DNA of 64,000 bases from a virus. Its lineage: Duplodnaviria; Caudoviricetes. The DNA is taken from the IMG/VR virus record IMGVR_UViG_3300009161_000021; one strand, written 5' to 3'. The notes under the pieces are model-generated. The model was not told the DNA's origin, did no database searches, and worked only from the letters and a program-made list of their open reading frames with translations. Positions 29,427 through 37,372 of this stretch are shown piece after piece. Position 1 is the first letter of the stretch; each line of letters begins with the position of its first letter. The position numbers were made by a program, and so were the translations under genes.

Positions 29427-30232
29427 ATTTTTTCAACCCTTTGCTTGGTCTGTTGATCAATCTCTCTTGCAGAGTCACCGATAATTGACATTTCATTTTC
29501 GTATCTATCGAAAATGCTATCATCGTCAATTCCAGCGCCAGCATGCCAGAACTTTCTGTGAGTATTCACGTTTAAAAGCATTGGACCATCAAACGCTCCT
29601 TCCAATGCATCTTTAATTGTCATCGGATCATCGTCAATGTTCATGCCTTTCATGCCAAAAGACATGGCAACATCGTGCATTTCCCATGACCTTCTAATCT
29701 TTTTCTCAGTGAGAATTGAGAGATTGTTGTCTTCAACGATGAAAAGAATTGGAAGCTTCTTAGTTGCAGCCCAGCCAAGAGCTCCAAGAGCGTAGTCTTC
29801 CTCGGCAGATGCATCTCCCATGAAAACAACGGTGGGGTTCTTCGTTGAATAGCAGTGACCCACCGCTATTGGAACCTGGCTTCCCATCAGACCGTCATGT
29901 CCGAATATCTTCTTTTCTCTGGATTGTATGGAGGCTGAGCCTCCCATCCCATTAGAACAACCAGTCTTAAGACCCAAGAGCTCATCCGCCAGTTGCTCAA
30001 TTGGAGCGTCAAAAGACAGATACGTTGAATGACCACGGTGCTGTATGAATATGTTGGGTTCGATTCTCTTTTGAGAGAGAACCTCGGACAATGTTGAAGC
30101 AGTGTATTCCTGCCCAGCTGACAGATAAATTGGAAATTTGAAAGTCCCTGCTCGGATTAAGTCAAAAACTTTCTTCTCAAAATTTCTGCAGAGAGAAGCT
30201 CTTCTAAATACGTTCAGTCTAAAATCACTCAT
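29399..30232 (-). CDS. ThDP-dependent enzyme, E1-alpha-like subunit
   Basis: YLSAGQE, HRGH, GCSNGMGGS, FMGDASAEE...LFIVEDN (GDG..N ThDP motif), HAG. Confidence 0.85.
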   Translation of the reverse strand: MSDFRLNVFRRASLCRNFEKKVFDLIRAGTFKFPIYLSAGQEYTASTLSEVLSQKRIEPNIFIQHRGHSTYLSFDAPIEQLADELLGLKTGCSNGMGGSASIQSREKKIFGHDGLMGSQVPIAVGHCYSTKNPTVVFMGDASAEEDYALGALGWAATKKLPILFIVEDNNLSILTEKKIRRSWEMHDVAMSFGMKGMNIDDDPMTIKDALEGAFDGPMLLNVNTHRKFWHAGAGIDDDSIFDRYENEMSIIGDSAREIDQQTKQRVEKIWQERLERR

Positions 30233-30617
30233 GATTTTCCTCGATGTATCTCATTGTGCTCTCCCAGCTTTCAAATCTATAACCTTTATCGTCAATGTAC
30301 AGCTGGGCACGTGGCTTCTCGCTCGTTATCTCACGAATGCAAGACAGGACACCATGCTTGTCAAGCCACTCTGAAACAAGCTGATGTCCTGTCTTTCCGT
30401 CGACAAGCGGTCTATTCGGCTTCGCTTTTGCGGTGAAGATTACGATATTGAATCTCTTTGAGAGACTTCTCAAAGCGTCAAGAGAACCTGGTAAAGGATC
30501 TCCGTAGCATGTTCCATCATGCCACCCTTTACTAAAATCGTGAATCACACCATCAAAATCAATAGCGATGTTATCTACTTCACTCTCAAACCCAGGAGGA
30601 ACTTCCTTCTCTTTCAT
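30225..30617 (-). CDS. HAD-superfamily hydrolase
   Basis: IAIDFDGVIH, IFTA, EKPRAQLYIDDK. Confidence 0.8.
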   Translation of the reverse strand: MKEKEVPPGFESEVDNIAIDFDGVIHDFSKGWHDGTCYGDPLPGSLDALRSLSKRFNIVIFTAKAKPNRPLVDGKTGHQLVSEWLDKHGVLSCIREITSEKPRAQLYIDDKGYRFESWESTMRYIEENHE

Positions 30618-31282
30618 TACTCACCTTCGTGAGTCAATACTATTGTTCCTTCTTCGATTTTATCAAACACTTCAAGCAAACGATGAAGCACATTGCTCGA
30701 GACAATGTCACCAGGACTGGCCACTGCGACTCCGTACTCGGTCAAAAGACCACCCTTCAAGAACATTACATTTGACGAACTTGAGGCTTCTTTAAGATCA
30801 TCAATTGTTTTTATTCCAAGAACTTTGATCACTTGCCCATCAAAGTTATAGATTTCGCTTTTTCCTGGTTCTGGCTCTTTTATCCAAAGACACTCTGACT
30901 CTTTGGGGTACTCGTATGACTCGTCCTCGTAAGGCTGGCCGGTTCTGCCGTAACTGTCACGGAGCCTTACGAGATCATGCTTGTCAACAGGTGTCTCAAT
31001 CTCAAAGAGAGATAGATGTCCATGATGAGCTCTTGTCGAGTGGAAAAGACCCTTGCGAATCATGATCTTTTCAGAATTTGAGAGTTTAACGGAGTCAGCT
31101 AAAAATGATACTTCGGCTTGACCAGCGACGACCATCAGCCCCGTCGTCTTGTTCGGATGACAGTGCATGGAAGTTTGCTGGTCACGAAGAATCTTTAAAA
31201 ACCATAGAGCTACTTTATCGTTCTCATATGCGAGATACTCGTAGCCCCATGGCTTCTTAACTACGTTACTCTTGTAATTCAT
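30617..31282 (-). CDS. Cupin-domain protein (sugar isomerase-like)
   Basis: VKKPWGYEY, TSMHCHPNK, GLFHST, EIETP...DLVRLRDSYGR. Confidence 0.75.
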   Translation of the reverse strand: MNYKSNVVKKPWGYEYLAYENDKVALWFLKILRDQQTSMHCHPNKTTGLMVVAGQAEVSFLADSVKLSNSEKIMIRKGLFHSTRAHHGHLSLFEIETPVDKHDLVRLRDSYGRTGQPYEDESYEYPKESECLWIKEPEPGKSEIYNFDGQVIKVLGIKTIDDLKEASSSSNVMFLKGGLLTEYGVAVASPGDIVSSNVLHRLLEVFDKIEEGTIVLTHEGE

Positions 31283-31809
31283 TTGACTAGATCAATCGCT
31301 CGCTTCATCCAAGGTCCCATGTGCTTGTAATGAGGCGAAGTTACGATGTTATCGGAAACTACGGCTGCAGCATCGACATAACGAGCGCCAGCATTCTCAA
31401 TATCATCCTTGATGCTGTAGTAACCAGAGATGTCGCGGCCCTTAACGATCTTTGCAGAAATCAACAGCTGAGCACCGTGACAAATGCAGGCAATGACCTT
31501 GCCACGACGATTCCACTCAGCAATGAAATCGAGGACATTCTTCTCCTGACGAAGATACTCAAGTGCCTTGACACCGCCTGGAATAACGAGCATATCGTAC
31601 TCGAGCAACCGATCATGGATCTCTGGATTATCGAGATCCGTCGTTAGATGAGTTCCGTTCATGTAGGTCCCGAGGATTCCGTAGAAACGACCCCTCTTGT
31701 TTGACATAATCTCAACCTCATAATCGTCCTCAGTCAAACGATAATAAGGGTAGATGACCTCATGGTCCTGATAACCTTCGTGAGTTAGAAGAATAGCTTT
31801 CTTTGACAT
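31279..31809 (-). CDS. DJ-1/PfpI (type 1 glutamine amidotransferase-like) protein
   Basis: YQDHEVIYP, LVIPGG, ACICHGAQLL, VVSDNIVTS. Start refined to ATG 31809 (TAATG coupling). Confidence 0.88.
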   Translation of the reverse strand: MSKKAILLTHEGYQDHEVIYPYYRLTEDDYEVEIMSNKRGRFYGILGTYMNGTHLTTDLDNPEIHDRLLEYDMLVIPGGVKALEYLRQEKNVLDFIAEWNRRGKVIACICHGAQLLISAKIVKGRDISGYYSIKDDIENAGARYVDAAAVVSDNIVTSPHYKHMGPWMKRAIDLVK

Positions 31810-32210
31810 TACCAACTTACCTCCCAATCTTTGAAATCTGCAGCAAGACAATCAATCTTGTAATCCTTTCGACCACCCACAGCTTCCTGTATCTTGTTCT
31901 TCGCTGTGTTTCTGATCCCATTCAGTCCATGGGTCAGCTCAAGGTTATTGCCATCCTTGATGCCCTTTCGATAGTTAGACTCGTTATGCCAGATGTGAAG
32001 ATTCATCTGAGAAAGAACCACAATGGCTCTTACCGTGTCGGCGGTGATCTTACCATCGTTGCTGTCAAGGCACTCTTGGATATCATGACAGATGTCTCTG
32101 ATCTCCTGAGAGTATTCGTCCTTATGATCCGTGATGAAAACCTCTTTCAGCTGTGTGATAGAAAGACGATCTATCAGCTCAGCGAAAGTTGGCAAATACT
32201 TTCTACTCAT
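31809..32210 (-). CDS. Hypothetical helical protein (DUF4254-like)
   Basis: AELIDRLSITQLK, NLHIWHNE, NGIRN pattern recalled from DUF4254-type proteins of glycan loci. Confidence 0.45.
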   Translation of the reverse strand: MSRKYLPTFAELIDRLSITQLKEVFITDHKDEYSQEIRDICHDIQECLDSNDGKITADTVRAIVVLSQMNLHIWHNESNYRKGIKDGNNLELTHGLNGIRNTAKNKIQEAVGGRKDYKIDCLAADFKDWEVSW

Positions 32211-32937
32211 TGTTTTCCTCTATGAATTTGATCAATTTTAGACGATCTTCATTGCGTTTTGCAACAAGCTCAGGAGTATTGTAAAGAAAGTGCCCATTTT
32301 GTTTATCAGCCAAAGCTCTAGTCTTCAAATGAGTCTCATCCTTCTCCATTTTACCAGCTTCAACGTGCATGTGCTCTAGGAAAAGATGCTCTCTATTAGG
32401 TACGAAAATTCCTCGTCCTATCGAAACAGCGATTTCCTGATTCCACTTGTCGGTCCAGTCGGCAACAAAGTAGGGAGGATTAACGTACCCAAGAGCTTTG
32501 ACCCAGTTTCTGTGGACAAAAGTGTGAGAAGCAAGCTCTCCGTTCCACAGACCATCATCTGACCAAAGAAGAATTATCTTATCTTTGAAAAGACCAAAAG
32601 CTTCACGAGCGACAACATCCCAGTTCTGGGATCTGAAAACAACGTCATCGGCAACGTTCGCAACGATATCACCCTTTGCGATGGAGAAGCAAAGATTTGC
32701 AAAATTGCTCATCTTCTCGCCGGGCTCAAATAGCTTCACTGCTATTCTTTCGTCTCCAAATCGAAGCTTGAGTTCGTCAGCAACTTCAAGCGCAGCTGTG
32801 TCGTTGTTGTCGATTCCAAAAACAATTTCCATCATTGACGGATCAGAGCAATTCTTGAAAACAAACTCTGCAAAACGTCTCTGCAGCTCTGGTCTCTTGT
32901 GGGTCGGACAAAGAACACTAATAAACTCTTTACTCAT
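32203..32937 (-). CDS. GT2-like glycosyltransferase
   Basis: ISVLCPTHKRP, VFGIDNND, NVADDVVF, FVHRNWV..LG, FLEHMH. Confidence 0.75.
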   Translation of the reverse strand: MSKEFISVLCPTHKRPELQRRFAEFVFKNCSDPSMMEIVFGIDNNDTAALEVADELKLRFGDERIAVKLFEPGEKMSNFANLCFSIAKGDIVANVADDVVFRSQNWDVVAREAFGLFKDKIILLWSDDGLWNGELASHTFVHRNWVKALGYVNPPYFVADWTDKWNQEIAVSIGRGIFVPNREHLFLEHMHVEAGKMEKDETHLKTRALADKQNGHFLYNTPELVAKRNEDRLKLIKFIEENNE

Positions 32938-34699
32938 TCATCACGCTCTTGATTGTGTTATAGATCTGTTCGTCAGTGTTCCAGAAGCTCTTCTTGACAA
33001 TCTCAAAATTTTCTTTGATGTAATCCATACGAGAATAGTAATCATCTTCCGTCAGATTTTCGAGGATACTGTCAAGTTCTTCTAAAGAATTAAAGTGAAT
33101 GATTCCTCTTTCATTGAAATGTTCATTCACTTTCTGGCTGCCCCAGAAAATTGGAACTGTCCCAGTTATCATAGAATCCGCTATTTTTGCGAACCAAGTA
33201 TCCATCTTTACGTTCTCAATCACAATGGAGAACATGTAATCTTTTAGAGCATTAACAGCACCATGAACTGGGAATGGGTTATAACCGCTTCCCCAAAGAT
33301 CTATCCCGTGCTTTTCAGATAGCTTTTTTGCGATCTCATGACGAAGAGCGTGACCCTCCGTTATGATCTTGTTGCTTGCTATCATAGAAACTCTCTTGCT
33401 CTTATTATGAATTTTCCACTCTTCTTCTTTAATTCTAACGTGAGAGAGGGGCATGAGACGGCAATTTTTGTACTTGTCGATCAACCTCTGATCGAACGTG
33501 AAGACATAATCAAAGTCTTCAATCATTCCGATCAGATTCTGGTAAGCGAAACCATGAATTTCAGGAGGCTCCATGATCCAGGCTATCTTGGTCTTACAAT
33601 CGATAGAATTTACAAATTCTTTGTTAATGAAGTGATCTGTGAAAATTGTAATTCCAGAATAGTCTCTAAAGCTTTGATGATACGGTTGATATATGATCTT
33701 CTTTGTACGAGGGATAGGTTCTCCATTCGCAGAGACAAACCCGTAGTCCGGCAAGTTTACCGTATGGATAAAATGCTTGTCAAAAAGATTGACAATCATC
33801 GGTTGCTCTACCCCCGCGTAAGCAGGATCAGGCTTCTCGTACATCCTATAAAACTCTCGCCAGTTTGAGGGAGAAGCCTCATGCGGCGGCATGTATTTCG
33901 GATGAAAGCTGAATCCACCTAAATCATAGAAATGAGGAACAGGTTGAGGCCCTCCCCACATTCCCCACTGAAGCTGACTTTCTGTGTAAAATCCCTTCAT
34001 TAGCAGGTCAATTATTGCCTCAAATGACAGTCCAAGAACGTTCACTCTGCCTGGGCACTGCCTCGAGACCGAACCCTTATTGACCCATCTCGAGGGAACT
34101 TTTTCGAAAGTCGGGTCAGCGGTTCCATAAACTTCTTCTTTGAAAGTTGACGAAAGGTAGCTGCCGTCAATCTCAAAGTTCCATGGAGACCAATCATGCT
34201 CAAGGAACTTGAGCAGGTAATCTTTTCTCCACAGAGCTGGTTGAGTGCTGATTCTGTAGAGAGCTCCCTTGTCTATTGAGATTATACCGTATCCGTCCCT
34301 CATCTCAACGAGCTTATGGGAGCAGTAATTAAATGCATCGTAGCTAAGGCAAAATCTTCCGATGTTACTGTTATCTTTCATCTTTTCTACGATAACAGAG
34401 AACATCTGCTCATCAAGCGAGCAGCATGGGAAAAAATCATCCAGCGAGAAGATCAAAAATTCGTCAGTCACACTATTGACGTACTCAGCGATATATCTCG
34501 TCCACTTCTTAGATCCTCCCTCTTGCTTCGGAGCAATCGAGATGAACCTGTGATTTTCTGGAAGAGTGTAGCTTGGATGAGAGAACCCGATAAAATCGAT
34601 CTCATGACCAGGCCAGTACTTCTCGAACAGATAAGAGGTGACCCTTACGGCGTCTAGAGTTTCATCGCATAGCGGTATAATGTGCCTGATTTTTGTCAT
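32930..34699 (-). CDS. Two-domain glycosyltransferase: N-terminal GT-A-like plus C-terminal GT10 (fucosyltransferase-like)
   Basis: N-terminal LDDFF, YRISTQPALW, SPWNFEIDG; C-terminal WIMEPP, SMIASNK, YMFSIVIEN, GTVPIFWG. Confidence 0.7.
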   Translation of the reverse strand: MTKIRHIIPLCDETLDAVRVTSYLFEKYWPGHEIDFIGFSHPSYTLPENHRFISIAPKQEGGSKKWTRYIAEYVNSVTDEFLIFSLDDFFPCCSLDEQMFSVIVEKMKDNSNIGRFCLSYDAFNYCSHKLVEMRDGYGIISIDKGALYRISTQPALWRKDYLLKFLEHDWSPWNFEIDGSYLSSTFKEEVYGTADPTFEKVPSRWVNKGSVSRQCPGRVNVLGLSFEAIIDLLMKGFYTESQLQWGMWGGPQPVPHFYDLGGFSFHPKYMPPHEASPSNWREFYRMYEKPDPAYAGVEQPMIVNLFDKHFIHTVNLPDYGFVSANGEPIPRTKKIIYQPYHQSFRDYSGITIFTDHFINKEFVNSIDCKTKIAWIMEPPEIHGFAYQNLIGMIEDFDYVFTFDQRLIDKYKNCRLMPLSHVRIKEEEWKIHNKSKRVSMIASNKIITEGHALRHEIAKKLSEKHGIDLWGSGYNPFPVHGAVNALKDYMFSIVIENVKMDTWFAKIADSMITGTVPIFWGSQKVNEHFNERGIIHFNSLEELDSILENLTEDDYYSRMDYIKENFEIVKKSFWNTDEQIYNTIKSVMNE

Positions 34700-35553
34700 T
34701 AGATCAGTTCCATGATTTCTTGCAAAGTGAATCTCTCAACATCGTTTGAGCTTGGACCCTGCTCGAGTATCTTCTCGTGAAGATTCTCTCCTTGCTGGAG
34801 ACCGATCGTCTTGACGTCTATCGTAGTACCAGCTTTAGCGTACTTCTTGATCATCGCATCAAGAAGATCTCCAACACTCATCGCTTTCATCTCAGGAACC
34901 CAAGGACTGGAATTCTTGGCCTCTCTTAAGCACTGAAAGATCAGATCGATGGCTTGCTCTCGAGTCCAGAAAAAACGAGTTGCAGTGGGCTCCGTTACTA
35001 TTACCTGTTCACCATTCTGGATCTTATCCTTCCACTTACAAAGCACCGAACCAGTAGAGTAGAGGACGTTTCCATACCGGACGATTCGGTACTTAGTGTC
35101 AGGATTTAGCTCTTCAAACTGAAGGAAAAGTCTTTCCATGAGAAGCTTTGTAGCTCCGTAGGTTCCAGAGACTTGGGCCGCCTTATCAGTGCTAATTCCA
35201 ATCACAAAATCAAACTTATTCCGCAAAGACTCATTGAGAATGTTGATAGTTCCGACAACATTGCTTCTAGTGCACTCAAGACCGTGCTTCTCAGCCATCC
35301 CAACATGCTTGTAAGCAGCTAAATGGTAAACCGCGTTGACTCCCTTGCACGCTTGATGCGAGTCAAATTCATTCGCGATATCACCGGTAAAAATTTCGAT
35401 GCTTGGGAATCGCTCCTTGAGCATAATGAGCTTTCCCTCGTTTCTTGAGATAATTCTCACTCTATCTCCTTGAGAAAGGAGCTTCTCAACTAACTTTTCG
35501 CCAAGAAAACCGGTTCCGCCAGTGACTAAAATAAGCTTCTGGTCTTTTTGCAT
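34699..35553 (-). CDS. UDP-GlcNAc 4,6-dehydratase-like (PseB/CapD, Polysacc_synt_2 family)
   Basis: TGGTGFLG, HLAAYKHV, ISTDKA, YGATKLLME, VRYGNVLYSTGSV, TRFF, GENLHE. Start refined to ATG 35553 after AAGGAG. Confidence 0.85.
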   Translation of the reverse strand: MQKDQKLILVTGGTGFLGEKLVEKLLSQGDRVRIISRNEGKLIMLKERFPSIEIFTGDIANEFDSHQACKGVNAVYHLAAYKHVGMAEKHGLECTRSNVVGTINILNESLRNKFDFVIGISTDKAAQVSGTYGATKLLMERLFLQFEELNPDTKYRIVRYGNVLYSTGSVLCKWKDKIQNGEQVIVTEPTATRFFWTREQAIDLIFQCLREAKNSSPWVPEMKAMSVGDLLDAMIKKYAKAGTTIDVKTIGLQQGENLHEKILEQGPSSNDVERFTLQEIMELI

Positions 35554-35631
35554 GCTTCTCCTTTGTTTGGATATTTTCATTCAACTCTACAACGACAAAG
35601 CTGGTTGTTCCGTTGTTTTGCTGATTATCTC

Positions 35632-36378
35632 TCAGATCTTATCGTACGGCTTCCTTGATCTGATCAGAGCCTCATTCGAGAGCTGCTCATTTCTTGAGCT
35701 CAGATGCTCGGCTGCGGGATTCATGCGATTGTAGCAAAGAAGAATGTTCGGTATGAAGCAAGATCTCTCCCTTGCCATCTCGATCAGAGGAAACATGATC
35801 GCTAGATCGCAGCTTGCCATAAAGTAATTGCCGTTGTTGTCTTTGAAATCCTCATCTCTAATCTTTGACCACAGATGGGACTTGTACGTCCTTAGATGCG
35901 ACGTGCTCCACTGAGCCTTTCTGTAATTGCCGCTGAGATGAAGGCTAGGGTCGATTGGTGTGCTAAACTTTCCAACCTCTCCAAAGGGCCACTCAACGTA
36001 ACTTCCCCACGTAACCAGACATCCAGTTGATCTGTAAGCATAATCTAAGATGTGAAGGACTGCGGGGCTATAGAGCCAGTCATCTCCGTCCAGGTTGATG
36101 AGAACAGCTTCAGGAAAGCTTTCACAAGATTGCATCTTGTATCCTTCGATAAAGTTTCTCATTATTCCAAGACGTGAGCTGTTTCTTTTCATAAGAAACT
36201 TTTTCGAGAGATCAGGTCCAAGAAGATTGATGTAGGAAACTATTTTTTCCCATGTGTCATCGGTCGATGCATCATCGATCACAGCGCAGGTCCAGTCTCC
36301 TTCATACTGCTGACTTGCAACCGAGTCAAGGCATCTCTGTATCCAGGGACCTGCATTTCTCACCGGGACAGTTATCAT
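35632..36378 (-). CDS. GT2 family glycosyltransferase
   Basis: ITVPVRNA..WIQRCLDSV, IDDASTD, NLDGDDWL, SHLRTYK, CDLAIMFP. Start refined to 36378. Confidence 0.88.
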   Translation of the reverse strand: MITVPVRNAGPWIQRCLDSVASQQYEGDWTCAVIDDASTDDTWEKIVSYINLLGPDLSKKFLMKRNSSRLGIMRNFIEGYKMQSCESFPEAVLINLDGDDWLYSPAVLHILDYAYRSTGCLVTWGSYVEWPFGEVGKFSTPIDPSLHLSGNYRKAQWSTSHLRTYKSHLWSKIRDEDFKDNNGNYFMASCDLAIMFPLIEMARERSCFIPNILLCYNRMNPAAEHLSSRNEQLSNEALIRSRKPYDKI

Positions 36379-36386
36379 GAACCGAG

Positions 36387-37298
36387 TCAAGATACAAACT
36401 CCAAAGTTCTCTTCCAAAAAACTTCTCTTCTATTATAGAGCCACTGAAGAGTGAAGTTCACATCAGGATTCTCAAGCCACTCCTCTCCGACATGTTGGAC
36501 GTTCTCGTTAGTAACGATCTGACATCCAAGAAGACGCGCTTCGGTTACCATTCGATTTGAAACGTCAGCACCACGAGGAAGGCAAACAAAACCTTCAGAG
36601 TTTGCCATCAGCTCAAGGACTTGATCAGGTGATAGGTTCTTGATCAGAGTGTGTTCTTTATTGTTTTCTACCAGCCACTTCTTAGCATCATCAGTTCCCT
36701 TGATCCAAGAATCAGAGTCGAGAGTCAACCACCCAGCTTTCTTTCTGGAAGGTATCGACTCGATAAGAGGAACAATCTTGAGAAAAAAGTCCTCTCCAAA
36801 TACTGCAGATAGAACTTCACAGTTAGCTGTTTTTAGACTTGGAAATCTGTCAAAATACCGCTGCATATGACGCTGGGAACAGAACCAGACTTGCTTCGCG
36901 TTAATGTAGAATCTCTCAATGAGCTTGCCCCAGATCTCAGACTCACAGTGACATTCCTCTCCTCCCTCGGTCAGATGCCTCTCTACCGATCTCCATCTAC
37001 AAAACTTATAGTCATGCTCGAATACGGAGTAGCTAATTTTAGACACTGAAAAGTACTGGATAAGTGCTGGATTCAGTTGAGCAAAATTCCCAAAAACCCA
37101 GTGACAGTCCCGGTGAGTCTCTATCATCTCCAGGGTGACCTGACCTGACCTGATCCCAGCAAATGGGACTGGAGCTGATCTATGAAGAGCGTCCATCGAC
37201 AACTCAGCTCCTCCGACAAGATCAGAGAGAAAAAAGTCTTGGACAAATACTATCTTAAACTCAGGCTTCTTCGGCTCTGTAAATGGGCTGCTGAACAT
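36387..37298 (-). CDS. GT-B fold glycosyltransferase-like protein
   Basis: GGAELS N-terminal motif; FVCLPRGADVSNRMVTEARLLGC resembles the GT4 donor-binding motif. Start refined to ATG 37298. Confidence 0.7.
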   Translation of the reverse strand: MFSSPFTEPKKPEFKIVFVQDFFLSDLVGGAELSMDALHRSAPVPFAGIRSGQVTLEMIETHRDCHWVFGNFAQLNPALIQYFSVSKISYSVFEHDYKFCRWRSVERHLTEGGEECHCESEIWGKLIERFYINAKQVWFCSQRHMQRYFDRFPSLKTANCEVLSAVFGEDFFLKIVPLIESIPSRKKAGWLTLDSDSWIKGTDDAKKWLVENNKEHTLIKNLSPDQVLELMANSEGFVCLPRGADVSNRMVTEARLLGCQIVTNENVQHVGEEWLENPDVNFTLQWLYNRREVFWKRTLEFVS

Positions 37299-37303
37299 GA
37301 ACA

Positions 37304-37312
37304 ATTATAGCA
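37304..37312 (-). promoter_or_regulatory. Extended -10 promoter heading the glycosylation island (leaderless mRNA)
   Basis: Perfect TGcTATAAT, 5 nt upstream of ATG 37298, no SD; lies just downstream of a terminator. Confidence 0.6.
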
Positions 37313-37323
37313 AGCCTCTTCAC

Positions 37324-37353
37324 AAATGAAAACGGCCGGTGGTTAGCCGGCCG
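37324..37353 (-). terminator. Rho-independent terminator after the tail-fibre operon
   Basis: CGGCCGG-ctaacca-CCGGCCG followed by TTTTCATTT. Confidence 0.75.
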
Positions 37354-37372
37354 AGATCATATCAGGTTTCGA

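Noticed and set aside
28521-30232. Pyruvate dehydrogenase or transketolase as a central-metabolism auxiliary gene
   Set aside because: No E2/E3 subunits, divergent sequences, and embedded among NDP-sugar genes; a sugar-branching role fits better.
12788-37304. Host O-antigen/capsule locus (contig being a bacterial chromosome or prophage boundary)
   Set aside because: Flanked on both sides by co-oriented phage structural genes; no flippase, polymerase, integrase or housekeeping genes. A chimera cannot be fully excluded without reads.
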